A program made the position numbers and the translations under genes. The notes under the pieces are model-generated. The model had not been told where the DNA came from. It saw nothing but the letters and a program-made list of their open reading frames with translations, and made no database searches. From Octopus sinensis (taxonomy: Eukaryota), in NCBI RefSeq assembly GCF_006345805.1, contig NW_021836180.1:136001-200000 (forward strand): 64,000 nucleotides of DNA. The letters run 5' to 3'. Below are positions 36,778 through 48,462 of this stretch, one piece after another; the first letter of the stretch is position 1; every line of letters starts with the position of its first letter.

Positions 36778-36789
36778 AGCTATTTCGGC
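36778..36789 (+). promoter_or_regulatory. Atypical primer-binding site AGCTATTTCGGC (also at 10587-10598)
   Basis: Immediately follows the 5' LTR. Reverse complement GCCGAAATAGCT equals the recalled conserved first 12 nt of metazoan tRNA-Phe(GAA). No TGG-starting PBS is present. Confidence 0.6.
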
Positions 36790-36821
36790 CATTCTTAAAC
36801 ATTTACATTGTTTTCAACACG

Positions 36822-37586
36822 ATGTCCGCAAAAATTAGGATCGCCAGTGACGTCATCAGACCTTTTAATAGCGAAGGCGATGTAGTGGCCTGGATTCGCA
36901 AAATCAGGCTGGTGGCAAGACTGCAGGGCATAAGCGACGTGGCGAGTCTTATGGCGCTGTATTTAGAAGGGAGTGCGTTAACGCTATACCTAGAGATGGA
37001 TGAAGAGGAACGGCTCAGCGAGGAGAATATAGAGCGACGCTTGTGTGATGCCTACACGGAATGCGAGTACACAGCTTTTGCTAAGCTAGGTGCAATCAGG
37101 TGGACGGGAGGCCAAGTGGATGACTTTGCATCAGAAGTTAGAAGGCTGGCGACTCTGGCCGGGTTTGCGGGAGAGGGACTGGAGAGAGCAGCCCGATTGG
37201 CGTTCGTGAATGGGTTCCCCGACGATGTAGGGATTCACCTACAACGACTGCCCGGGGTTAAAAAGATGCCGTTGAGCGAACTTGTAGCTCAGGCTCGCGT
37301 GTTGACGAGACACTCTGGGCGGAAGGCGATAGCGATGGCGGTGACGGAGGCGCGTAAAGACGGACGACGTCCCGAGAAAGAGGTACAGAAGCTTACCGTG
37401 CAACGACAGCGGCCGTTCTCAGGACGGTGTTTTAGATGCCAGGGACCACACATGGCGCGGGACTGTATGCAGCCGGGGCCCGTTTGCTATCGATGCAGGC
37501 AGACAGGGCACATTGCCCGTGATTGCGACCAGGGAAACGACCGCGGGGAAATTGCTGCTTCTCGAACTTTCCCCTCAAATGAGTAG
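36822..37586 (+). CDS. gag: Gag, 254 aa, two zinc knuckles
   Basis: Open ORF with CFRCQGPHMARDC and CYRCRQTGHIARDC, starting 44 nt after the 5' LTR. Confidence 0.88.
   Translation: MSAKIRIASDVIRPFNSEGDVVAWIRKIRLVARLQGISDVASLMALYLEGSALTLYLEMDEEERLSEENIERRLCDAYTECEYTAFAKLGAIRWTGGQVDDFASEVRRLATLAGFAGEGLERAARLAFVNGFPDDVGIHLQRLPGVKKMPLSELVAQARVLTRHSGRKAIAMAVTEARKDGRRPEKEVQKLTVQRQRPFSGRCFRCQGPHMARDCMQPGPVCYRCRQTGHIARDCDQGNDRGEIAASRTFPSNE
37532..37538 (+). promoter_or_regulatory. -1 ribosomal frameshift slippery heptamer G GGA AAC
   Basis: Correct X XXY YYZ phase in the gag frame (cag gga aac), just after the knuckles; pol lies in the -1 frame. Same heptamer class as PEG10. Confidence 0.65.
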
Positions 37587-40402
37587 AGGTGCTATTGGAG
37601 ACACTGCCATTGATTGACGTGGAGGCCGAGGGGGAGACGTTCAAGGCCCTTGTGGATACGGGCTGTACGACCACCCTGGTGACTTAGAGGGTGACGAAGG
37701 AATGGAACGGGGTGAGTAGTGTCCGGGCGGTCGACGGCAGTGAAATCCGTTGCAGAGGCAGCAGCAAGGTAGAGATAGTGGTGCGCGGCACGACGCTAAG
37801 GCTGCAGGCAATTGTGGCCGAACGCATGATAGATGGAGTTGACGTGGTGATGGGGATGGATGCCATCAACTGCCTCGGTGGCGTCAGTGTTGTGGGAAAT
37901 GAGGTCATGTTCGGAAGCGTGGGGGCGTCGTGCACTGCAAGTCAGGATCGCCAGAGAGAGCAGAGCCCCGCGAGGGACTGCGCAGCTTACACCATCGAGG
38001 ACAAAGACTTTCAGGCTGCGTTCGATGGTCAGCGGTGGACGATAGAGTGGCGATGGAAGGACGGGCCCCCGACGCTGGAGAACAGGGTGAGCTGTTACCA
38101 GCATACCCTGAAAGGCCACGCCAGAGTCGAGTTTGAAGACGAGGTGGAGAGGTGGATCGAGGAAGGGGTCCTTGTCCCTTGGAAGGAGGAGGTAGCGGGC
38201 GGAGTGCTACTCCTGATGGCGGTGGTGCAGCCTACGAAGGGAAAAGTCAGACCGGTGCTGGACTTCAGGGAGCTAAACCAGCACATATCGTGTCACACGG
38301 GAGGTGAGGCGACAGACGTTTCTGGCGAGGCATTACGTAAGTGGAGACAGTCGACTGAGGCAGCGACGATTGTCGACTTGAGATCGGCATACTTGCAGCT
38401 CCATGTGAGCGACAAACTGTGGCGATATCAGCTTGTGCGGTACAAGGGCCGGACGTTCTGTCTAACCAGGCTGGGTTTCGGGCTGAATTCCGCTCCGAAG
38501 ATCATGGCGGCAGTGCTTAGGTCCGTCCTAGGGAAAGACGGCAAGATTAGAAAGGCCACCAGCTCCTACATTGACGACATTTTGGTGGACGAAACTGTAG
38601 TGCCAGCCGACGAGGTAGTTAGACATCTGGAGGAGTTCGGACTGATTGCTAAGCCACCGGAGTCGATTGAAGGGGGAGCCGCGCTGGGGCTGAAGCTGCG
38701 AAGAGTTGGATCAGGTGAATTGGTGTTCTGGAGAGGAAATGAAATCCCAGAGCTGAGTTCCAGCGTCAGCAGGAGAGAGCTGTTCTCGGTGTGTGGGAAG
38801 TTGGTCGGTCACTACCCGATCGCTGGATGGCTGCGCACGGCGTGTAGTTACACCAAGAGACGAGCAGAAGGAGAGAGGTGGGGCGACAAGGTGGGAGAAG
38901 GGACGGTGGCGATGATGCAGGAAATCCTAGAGAGGACAAGAGCGGAAGACCCGGTCGGGGGGAACTGGTACGTGCCCAAGACGAAATGCGGGACTGTCTG
39001 GTGTGATGCTAGCAGTATAGCGATAGGGGTGGTATTGGCAATCGAAGGCACTGCGGTGGAGGACGCGGCCTGGCTTTGGAAAGCAGATGATTTCAACCAC
39101 ATCAATGTCGCCGAATTAGACGCGCTGCTGAAAGGGGTGAACTTGGCCTTGAAATGGGGGCTGCGCACAATTGAAATCCGGACGGATTCGGCCACTGTGC
39201 TTGGCTGGGTAGGATCGGTGATCACCGGTGACAGGAGAGTGCGGACGAAAGGTGCTGTGGAGATGTTAGTGAAGCGCCGTCTAGGAGTTCTAGGTGAATT
39301 GATCGCCGAGTTCGGACTGAAGCTGAACGTGGTTTTCGAGCCTTCGGAGAAAAACAGGGCGGACGTACTGACCAGGGTGAAAAGAGCGTGGTTGGAAGAA
39401 CTGGAGGAGGCCCGGAAAGGGATAGCTGTGGCGTGTTGGTTGGATGACTCTGAACTGAAGAAACTGCATGATATGCATCACCTGGGTGTGGACAGGACCC
39501 TGTATCTGGCAAAAAAAATTGATGCTGACGTCACTAGGAGAAGCGTCCGGAAGGTGGTCGGGAGCTGTGACAGGTGTCAGTCCATCAACCCTGCTCCGTG
39601 TGGGCATGAACAGGGAAGCCTTTCCGTGGAGCAGGACTGGAAAAGGCTAGCTGTGGATGTGACACACTACCGTCAGCAAATGTACCTCTCCATGATCGAC
39701 TGCGGGCCGGGCCGGCTGGCCATTTGGAGGAGTTGAGATCGGGCATTGCTGACGAGATTGCGCAGATCCTGAACAGGATATTTTTAGAGAGAGGTCCCGT
39801 GGAAGAACTACTGATGGACAACTGGGCAGCGTTTCGTTCGGAAGCATTGAGGGTTATGCTTGATCGGTGGAATGTGCGACGCTTGTTCAGAGCAGCGTAT
39901 AGGCTGAGCGGTAACGGGATCGTGGAGAGGCACCATCGGACAGTCAAGGCCATAGCGGAAAGAGGGTACATTTCGCCACTTGAAGCAGTTTTTTTGGTAC
40001 AACTTGTCTCCCCGATCTGGACAAGCTGAGGAATCTGTGCTGCAGAGAGCTGTGTTCAAATATGAATGGAGGCACCCGAGCAAAGTGCCGGAGGGTCACG
40101 AGGAAGAGAAGGGACCCGTTCGCGTGAAAATAGGGGAGGAAGTCTGGGTCAAGCCACCAAAGGCGCGCTGTACGTCTCAATGGAGCAGAGGAACGGTGAC
40201 GGCGATCAATTCCAGAAGCAACGTATCCGTAGATGGAACACCACGACACGTCTTGGACCTTCGCAAGATTGTTGCTTCAACGGACGATGATTCTGGAGAG
40301 GGGGAGAACGAGGAGCCCAGCTTCAGAAGATCTCGACGAGCAAGGCGCTCTCCCGGTTGGATGGTGGACTACAACATGGAGCGGAGAGATTGTGATCTTT
40401 AA
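37583..40402 (+). pseudogene. pol: Pol (protease, RT, RNase H, integrase) in the -1 frame relative to gag; interrupted
   Basis: Protease ALVDTGC at ~37646-37666; RT LRSAYLQ...LGFGLNSAP...YIDDI; RNase H WCDAS...AELD...TDS; integrase HHCC (HDMHH...CDRC) with D-D-E (AVDVTH, MDN, VERHHR). In-frame TAG at 37685; frameshifts at ~39730 and ~39990. Confidence 0.9.
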
Positions 40403-40415
40403 GATCAGGGTGGCG

Positions 40416-40694
40416 TGTGGGATGACGTCAGCAGCCGGGTGCGTTGACCGGAAGCTAGGGCAACCGGAAGGGGCCAGCGTCAGGCGTGCGCAGGGAGCGG
40501 GGAATTGCGCCCTTTCCAACGTGGGTCGTGGAGGTGACAAGATGTGTGAGGACGTCGCTAAGGGTTTGGGCTAGCAGCTGCTATCGTTAGTGTTCGGGTC
40601 GGGGCTGTGTGGAAGGACTAGTCACCGTTGGAGGGTCTCCGTCACTAAGAAGAGAAGGTAGGTGCCTCTATATTCAAATCGCGCACACACTACA
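40416..40694 (+). repeat. 3' LTR (279 bp) of copy 2
   Basis: Follows the pol stop and a weak purine-rich tract (aagatcagggtggcg); ends CTACA then the CCCAG TSD. Confidence 0.93.
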
Positions 40695-41959
40695 CCCAGT
40701 ATGGCCACAGTCTAATGACTGAAGCAAATGTATATATATATATAAATATGAGGTAACAAACAAAGGAAAAAATTCCTTCAAAGGTATGTGTAAAACATCC
40801 AATTCACTTGTATGTTGGTTGAATACCACATAAATATGGGTATAATGTAAATTACGTATAATAAATTAAATAGAGAGTTACAAATGACAATCAAATAATT
40901 TATTTATATCATAATATAACATAATATACTATGAATATAATATAAGAAACAATCATTTAAAAAAACAAAATAGCCAACAATTTGTTTCGACTTATATACA
41001 TTTTTTAATATATAAACAATTCAATTCCCTTATATATAAGCCTCATCAGGGCAACTGGTGTGTAGAAAGACTTCTTCAGTGTTATGTGTCATGTCTTCAA
41101 TATTTTGAAGAATTGTATTATTCGGAAGTGAAATATTTTCAGTCCCGCATCACTGCGTCTTGTTCCATCATTTCGCTCGCTTTCTCTTTTTATTCTACTC
41201 GCTGGCATTCATTATTGTTAGGCCCTCAAAAGCGGCGAGCTGGTAGAATCGTTAGGATGCTGCACAAATATATTAGCAGTATTTCTTCCGGTGAAGGTGT
41301 ATGGTTCAGTGGTTAAAGCGTCGATCTTACGACCATGAGGTTGTGAGTTCGAGTCCCAGACCGGGCTGCATGTTGTGTTCTTGAGCAAGACACTTTATTT
41401 CGCGTTGCTCCACTTCACTCAGCTGTAGAAATGAGTTGCGACGTCACAGGTGCCAAGCTGTATCAGCCCCTTTGCCTTTCCCTTGGATAACACTGGTGGC
41501 GTGAAGAGGGGAGGTCAGTATGCATGGGCGACTGCTGGTCTTCCATAAACAACCTTGCCCGGACTTGTGCCTCGGAGGGTAACTTTCTAGGTGCAATCCC
41601 ACGGTCAGTCATGACCGAAAGGGGTCTCAATTCAAATTCAATAAGGGAATTGAATCGTTTGTATATTAAAAAATGTATATAAGTCGAAACAAATTGTTGG
41701 CTGTTTTGTTTTTTCAAATAATTGTTAGTTACTCTTTTACTTGTTTCAGTCATTTGACTCCGGCCATGCTGGAGCACCGTCTTTAATCGAGCAACTCGAC
41801 CCCGGGACTTATTCTCTTGTAAGCCTAGTACTTATTCTATCGGTCTCTTTTGCCAAACCGCTAAGTAACGGGGACATAAACACACCAGCATCGGTTGTCA
41901 AGCAATGCTAGGGGGACAAACACAGACACACAAACGCACACACATACACACACACACAT

Positions 41960-42012
<53 letters not shown>

Positions 42013-42262
42013 CATATATATATATACATATATACGACGAGCCTCTTTCAGTTTCCGTCTACCAAATCCACTCACAAGGCTTTGGTCGGCCCGAGGCTAT
42101 AGTAGAAGACACTTGCCCAAGGTGCCATGCAGTGGGACTGAACCTGGAACCATGTGGCTGGTTAGCAAGCTACTTACCACACAGCCACTCCTGCACCTAT
42201 ATTATATTATATTCATAGTATATTATGTTATAATGTAAATAGATAATTGGATTGTCCTTTGT

Positions 42263-42943
42263 ACAGCTTTCCTCATCCATTCATAGTACATGACCATACC
42301 AATGAGAGACGTTTGTGTTGGTATGGTCATATACTGTGGATGGATGAGGAGAGCTGTGAAGAAGTGCCACTCCCAAACAGTGGTAGGAATCCAGGGTAGA
42401 GGGAGACCCAAGAAGACATAGGATGAGGTGGTGAAGCATGACCTTCAAATATTAAGCCTCACAGAGGCAATGACAAAAGACCGAGACCTCTGGAGGTATG
42501 CTGTGACTGAGAAGACCCCGCAAATAAAGTGAATCTTCAGTTGTAACCTACACCAGTGTTGCATAGCCAGCCCACTCAAAAGTACCTTGGATCGTAGAAT
42601 GACATGCCATTCTTGAGGTGACCTATTGAGTCAAGTAGATCAACATCAAATCAAATGGAAATTGTAGTTGTGAGCCCGTGCTGGTAGCACGTAAAAAGCA
42701 CCATCCAAATGTGGCCAATGCCAGTGCCGCTTTGACTGGCTTCCGTGCTGGTGGCATGTAAAAGGCACCCACTACACTCTTGGAGTGGTTGGTGTTAGGA
42801 AGGACATCCAGCTGTAGAAATACTGCCAGGTCAGATTGGGGCCTAGTGCAGCCTCCTGGTTTCCCAGACCCCAGTCGAACCGTCCAACACATGCCAGCAT
42901 GAAAAACGGACGTTAAACGATGATGATGATGATGATGATGATT
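42263..42943 (+). mobile_element. 5'-truncated RTE-type LINE with fold-back 5' end and (GAT)n tail
   Basis: From ~42304 encodes ERRLCWYGHILWMDEES...GRGRPKKT*DEVVKHDL...MTKDRDLWR, the RTE ORF C-terminus. The 3' UTR ends aaacgatgatgatg. Confidence 0.7.
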
Positions 42944-43168
42944 GATATTACTCTTTACTCTTTTACTTGTTTCGGTCATTTGACTGCGGCCATGCTAGAG
43001 CACCACCTTTAACTGAGCAACTCGACCCCGGGACTTATTCTTTTGTAAGCCCAGTACTTATTCTATCAGGCTCTTTTGCCGAACCGCTAAGTAATGGGGA
43101 CATAAACACACCAGTATCGCTTGTCAAGCAATGCTAGGGGGACAAACACAGACACACAAACACACACA

Positions 43169-43210
<42 letters not shown>

Positions 43211-43449
43211 TACGATGGGCTTCTTTCAGTTTCCGTCTACCAAATCCACTCACAAGGCTTTGGTTGGCCCGAGGCTATAGTAGAAGAAACTTGCCCAAGG
43301 TGCCACGCAGTGGGACTGAACCCGGAACCATGTAGTTGGTAAACAAGCTACTTACCACACAGCCACTCCTGCACGAGCGCCTATTAATAATAATACTGTA
43401 ATTGTTCCACTGTTGTTGTTTTTTTGTTTTCCCGTTTGGATTAAAATTA

Positions 43450-43502
<53 letters not shown>

Positions 43503-43724
43503 GCACCTTCTGTCTGCTATTTTTTACTTGTTTCAATTATTGAACTGCAATGATACTGGGGCAGTGACCTGAAGGGGTCAGTCAAATAAATCAACCCCAT
43601 TACTTATTTTCAAGCCTGGTGCTTATTCTGTCGTCTTTTGCTGAACCTCTAAGTCACAGAGACATAAACAAGCGAATAGCAGCTGTCAAGAGGTGGTGGG
43701 AGACAAACATAAGCATAAAGACAC

Positions 43725-43980
43725 GCACACACACACACACACATATACACACACCCATATACATACACACACACACACATACATACACACACACACATAC
43801 ACACACACATGCACACACACACGCACACACACGTGCACACACATACACACGCACACACACATACACATGCACACAGACATACACATGCACATGCACACAC
43901 ACACGCACACATACACACGCACACACACAAACACACGCACACACTCACACATACACACGCACACACACATACACACACAG
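43725..43980 (+). repeat. Degenerate (CA)n microsatellite
   Basis: ~250 bp of cacaca/cataca/cacgca. Confidence 0.95.
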
Positions 43981-44207
43981 ATATATGTCCATATGGGTGT
44001 GTGTGTGTGAGATCACTTGTGAGGTCTCTCATGAATGCTAAATGGTAACATGGAATCCAGTACATCCTATTTACTTCATGGTTGAATTGCTGTCAACTGA
44101 ACAAGCAACCCTACCAGGCTAACCTGGTGAGAAGGGGTTGCTAGAAACCCAGCAGGACATGAAGGAGGGGCCACCATTGGCATATTGATGGGAATCTCAA
44201 CAGATAC

Positions 44208-44630
44208 AGGAGTGGCTGTGTGGTAATTAGCTTGCTAACCAACTATATGGTTCCGGGTTCAGTCCCACTGCATGGCATCTTGGGCAAGTGTCTTCTGCTA
44301 TAGCCCCGGGCCGACCAATGCCTTGTGAGTGGATTTGGTAGATGGAAACTGAAAGAGGCCCGTCGTATATATGTATATATATATATACATGTGTGTATGT
44401 GTGTGTGTTTGTGTGTCTGTGTTTGTCCCCCTAGCATTGCTTGACAACCGATGCTAGTGTGTTTACATCCCCGTTACTTAGCGGTTCGGCAAAAGAGACC
44501 GATAGAATAAGTACTGGGCTTACAAAAGAATAAATCCAGGGGTCGAGTTGCTCGATTAAAAGGCGGTGCTCCAGCATGGCCGCAGTCAAATGACTGAAAC
44601 AGGTAAAAGAGTAAAAAGAGTAAAAGAGAG
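44208..44630 (+). mobile_element. SINE family 2, full-length plus-strand copy
   Basis: ggagtggctgtgtggtaa...gactgaaacaggt(aaaagagt)n tail. Confidence 0.8.
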
Positions 44631-46260
44631 ACTTCAACACAATGCTCTTTTTGTTCAGTGGTCAGCACGTAGTAGAAAAACTTGGCAGAGATATGCTACA
44701 TGTTCAGATCAGATGTTAGGATTGCCTGCATGGACCCATATTACAGACCAACAACATCCACCATGTCACTGATTGTCCTCTGATGATCCTCATTCAAATT
44801 TATGCAAAACTTTACTTGGTATTATACTAGGCTACACAGGTTTCTTATTTCTTTATTGCCCACAAGGGGCTAAACATAGAGGGGACAAACAAGGATAGAC
44901 AAAGGGATTAAGTCGATTACATTGACCCCAGTGCGTAACTGGTACTTAATTTATCGACCCCGAAAGGATGAAAGGCAAAGTCGACCTCGGCAGAATTTGA
45001 ACTCAGTACGTAATGTCAGATGAAATACTGCTAAGCATTTTGTGTGGCGCGCTAACATTTCTGCCAGCTTGCCACCTTGCTGAACAGTCATCTCACAAGT
45101 ACAATTTAGGCTGTGAAGCTCTTAAATTTTGTTACTAATCAGCATATATTCACTGAAAATTAAATTAAAAGTGTGTATTTTTATTAATATAAAAACATTT
45201 AAGATCAACACTAATTAAATTTCAAATAAAATGCCTAAGAACATAACTAAGAAAATCACAAAATTCACTGAGCAAAATATCAACACAATCTTTCAGTATT
45301 TGATCTAACTTAGGTTTTGTTTTTGACTTCTAAAAGTGTATTATTAGTTTGAAAAAAAAATTAAGATCACAGTTATATGATGATATGTGGAGGCACAATG
45401 GCCCAGTAGTTAGGGCAGTGGAGTCGCAGTTTCGATTTCCAGACCGGGCGTTGTGTCTGTTTATAGAGCAAAAACATCTAAAGCTCCACGAGGTTCCAGC
45501 AGGGGGTGGCGGCGACCCCTGTTGTACTCTTTTGCCCCAACTTTCTCTCACTCTCTCTTCCTGTTTCTTGAGTAATGCTGCGATGGACTGGCATCCTGTC
45601 CAGCAGGGGGGGGGGGACACATATGCCATAGAAACCGGGAAACTGGGCCCATGAACCTGGCTAGGCTTGAAAACGGTATATAAATAAAATAAATAGAATA
45701 TATGATGATATAGTAAGGATAAAATACCTGTAAGAAAAATTAGCTTTAGTTTAGGAATTTTAAATTAATTTAAACATACAACTTCTCACAACAAAAATGA
45801 ACACGTGACTGTGCTGTCAAAGCTGTCACACACCCATTGTTATTAATTTTTTGCCTTTTCCCCATTATTCTATGATATGCCTGGTACTATATTATGATAC
45901 AATGAGCTGAGTTGCACAGTGCTATTTCAGGATACATGCCAATTTCAAGCAGAGGTATAACAAAAGTTTTCCACTATGATTTATGATTAAATTAATAAGT
46001 AAGATCAATGTTCATAATGAATTTGCCATTTTCGATGATGGTGCAGCGCACACCTAGAACATCCAGGATATACACCCCTGCTCAGTATGTTCTTTCTACC
46101 AACCATGGCCAGATGTTTCCCTCATGCATGTTTGGATGCTGAAGAATTTAACAAAGTTTTCATTCCAACTTCTGCATAATCTTTCATTTCATTTCTTCTA
46201 TATGTGGTGTCCACTCTGTCAATTTGCTATTCCATTTATTGTCCTTTCTTTAAAACACAT

Positions 46261-47030
46261 ATCATCATCATTGTTTAATGCCCGCTTTCCATGCTAGCAT
46301 GGGTTGGACGATTTTGACTGTGGGCTGGCGAACCAGATGGCTGCACCAGGCTCCAGTCTTGATCTGGCAGAGTTTCTACAGCTGGATACCCTTCTGATAG
46401 TGTAGTGGGTGCTTTTTACGTGCCATCAGCACGGAGGCCTGTCAGGCCATACTGGCAATGACCTTTTACACATGCTACCGGCACAGGTGCCAGTAAGGCA
46501 ATGCTGGTAATGATCACGCACGAATGGTGCCCTCTACCAATGATCACGCTCGGATGGTGCTCTTAGCATCCTACTAGCACGGGTACAAGTGCCAGTAAGG
46601 CAACGCTGGTAATGATCACACTTGAATGGTGCCTTTTATGTACTACTGGTATGGAAGCCTGTTAGCCGCTCTAACATCTGCTTTCCATGCTGGCATGGGT
46701 TGGACGATTTGACTGAGGACTGGTGAACCAGATGGTTGCACCAGGCTTCAATCTTGATCTGGCAGAGTTTCTACAGCTGGATGCCCTTCCTAACACCAAC
46801 CACTTCGAGACTGTAGTGGGTGCTTTTACATGCCACTGGCACGAGGGCCAGTCAGGCAGTACTGGCAATGGCCACACTCAAATGGTGTTTTTTATGTGCC
46901 ACCTGCACAGGAGCCAGTCCAGCGGCACTGGCAACGACCTCGCTCAAATGTTTTTTCACATGCCACCGGCACAAGTGCCAGTAAGGGGACGCTGGTAACA
47001 ATCACACTCGAATGGTGCTTTTTACGTCCC
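46261..47030 (-). mobile_element. Two adjacent RTE-like 3' UTR fragments, minus orientation
   Basis: Begins atcatcatcattgtttaatgcccgctttccatgc, the reverse complement of the same tail; restarts at ~46680. Confidence 0.6.
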
Positions 47031-48423
47031 TACCAAAAAAACCATTTCAGAATTTTTTTTTTTCCAGGTAATATCTGTTAAATTTGTTGCTGCTCTTATC
47101 CTGTTGATTCTCCACTTATCCATTTTTGTTAATCTTTAGCGTTCTCCTTTCCATGGTTCTTTGTGTTGATCTTAATTTATTTTCAAAACTTTTGCTGGTA
47201 GTCTATGTTACCATAAGCAAAACACACTGGCTGAAGACCTTTCCTTTTGAGCATAGCAAAATTACTACTTATGATTTGATCCAATGTACCAAAAGCTGCA
47301 CATCCCCATAGTATTTGTTGTCCACTTTCTTTGGGTATGAGACTAAACTGCATTCTGCTGCCAACTCATGTCAAGTCATTGTGACAGAGTAGACTCATCA
47401 AACCAGTGTGGTCTTGAACCTGAAGTCAAGGCCTCCAGTTCTCAGCAGCACTTTTGATATAACCCATCAAATTAGGAATTTTTAATGACCAAAGTGGCAT
47501 AGATGCTGTCTTCAGATCGAGATTGGTACTTTGTTTTAAAAATAAACAAAATTTAATATGAAGAAGTGATTAGGCACATCTGTGGTTATAGGTGCAGGTG
47601 TTGCTGTGGGGTTGACTATGTGGTCTCAGGTTCAATCCCACAGGGTGTCGCATTGGGCAAATGTCTTGTACTTTGATCCTGGGCCAACCAAAACCTTGTG
47701 AGTGGATTTGGTTAACAGAAACTGAAAGAAACCAGCGTATCTACCTACCTGCCTGCCCCCCCACCCTACCTACTTGCTTATCAACGTACCTGCCTGCGCA
47801 CATATAGTTGTGATGCATGTGCCCACTGGTTGTCAAATAGTGGCGGGGGGGGGGACAAACACTGACACACACACCTGACAGGCTTCTTGTAGTTTCCATC
47901 TACCAAATCCACTCATAGGGCTTTGGTCGGTCCAAGGCTTTCGTAGATAATGCATAACCAAGGTGCCATGCAGTGGGACTGAACCCGAAACTATGTGATT
48001 GGGAAGCAAGCTTCCTACCACACAGTCCTCTTACAATGAATAGATGTTTAGCAGACTCTCTCTCTCTCTGTTATATATACATGAGTACGGACGTAGTAGA
48101 TAACAGCTAGCCTTTGGCCACTGTTTTGCACCCTGTTGTGTCCACTACTTTCATTGGTTGGTATTGGCGCACTTTTGTCTCTTGCTCTGTTACACACCAA
48201 TGTGCAACCCAACCAATCGAAGCCTTCTATCAACCGTGTAGTGTACTAAAGGGGTCTTTCTCGTCACCTCTCCTTCGCATGGTCGTTTACAGATAATACA
48301 GCTGACATCCTGTCTGACAGGTACGGGACTTAAATAGGAAGATCGCATCGGTTTTATTTAAGTTCTATCTTTATGCCATCTTTATTACCTCTGGCATTTT
48401 AAAAGCTTTATATAATACAAAGC

Positions 48424-48462
<39 letters not shown>

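Larger units (their letters stand above)
36485..40694 (+). mobile_element. Ty3/Gypsy LTR retrotransposon, 4210 bp, copy 2 (cleaner copy), defective
   Basis: TG...CA LTRs at 36485-36777 and 40416-40694; CCCAG TSD at 36480-36484 and 40695-40699; gag then PR-RT-RNaseH-IN order. Inserted inside a SINE remnant (aagatggtgccccag|tatggccacagtc). Confidence 0.95.

Noticed and set aside
40277-40574. ORFs across the 3' LTR (possible env or extra ORF)
   Set aside because: Pol ends 13 nt before the LTR, leaving no room for env; these are chance ORFs in GC-rich sequence.
43619-44065. Cluster of 80-140 aa ORFs (HTHT..., CVCV...)
   Set aside because: Translations of a (CA)n microsatellite.
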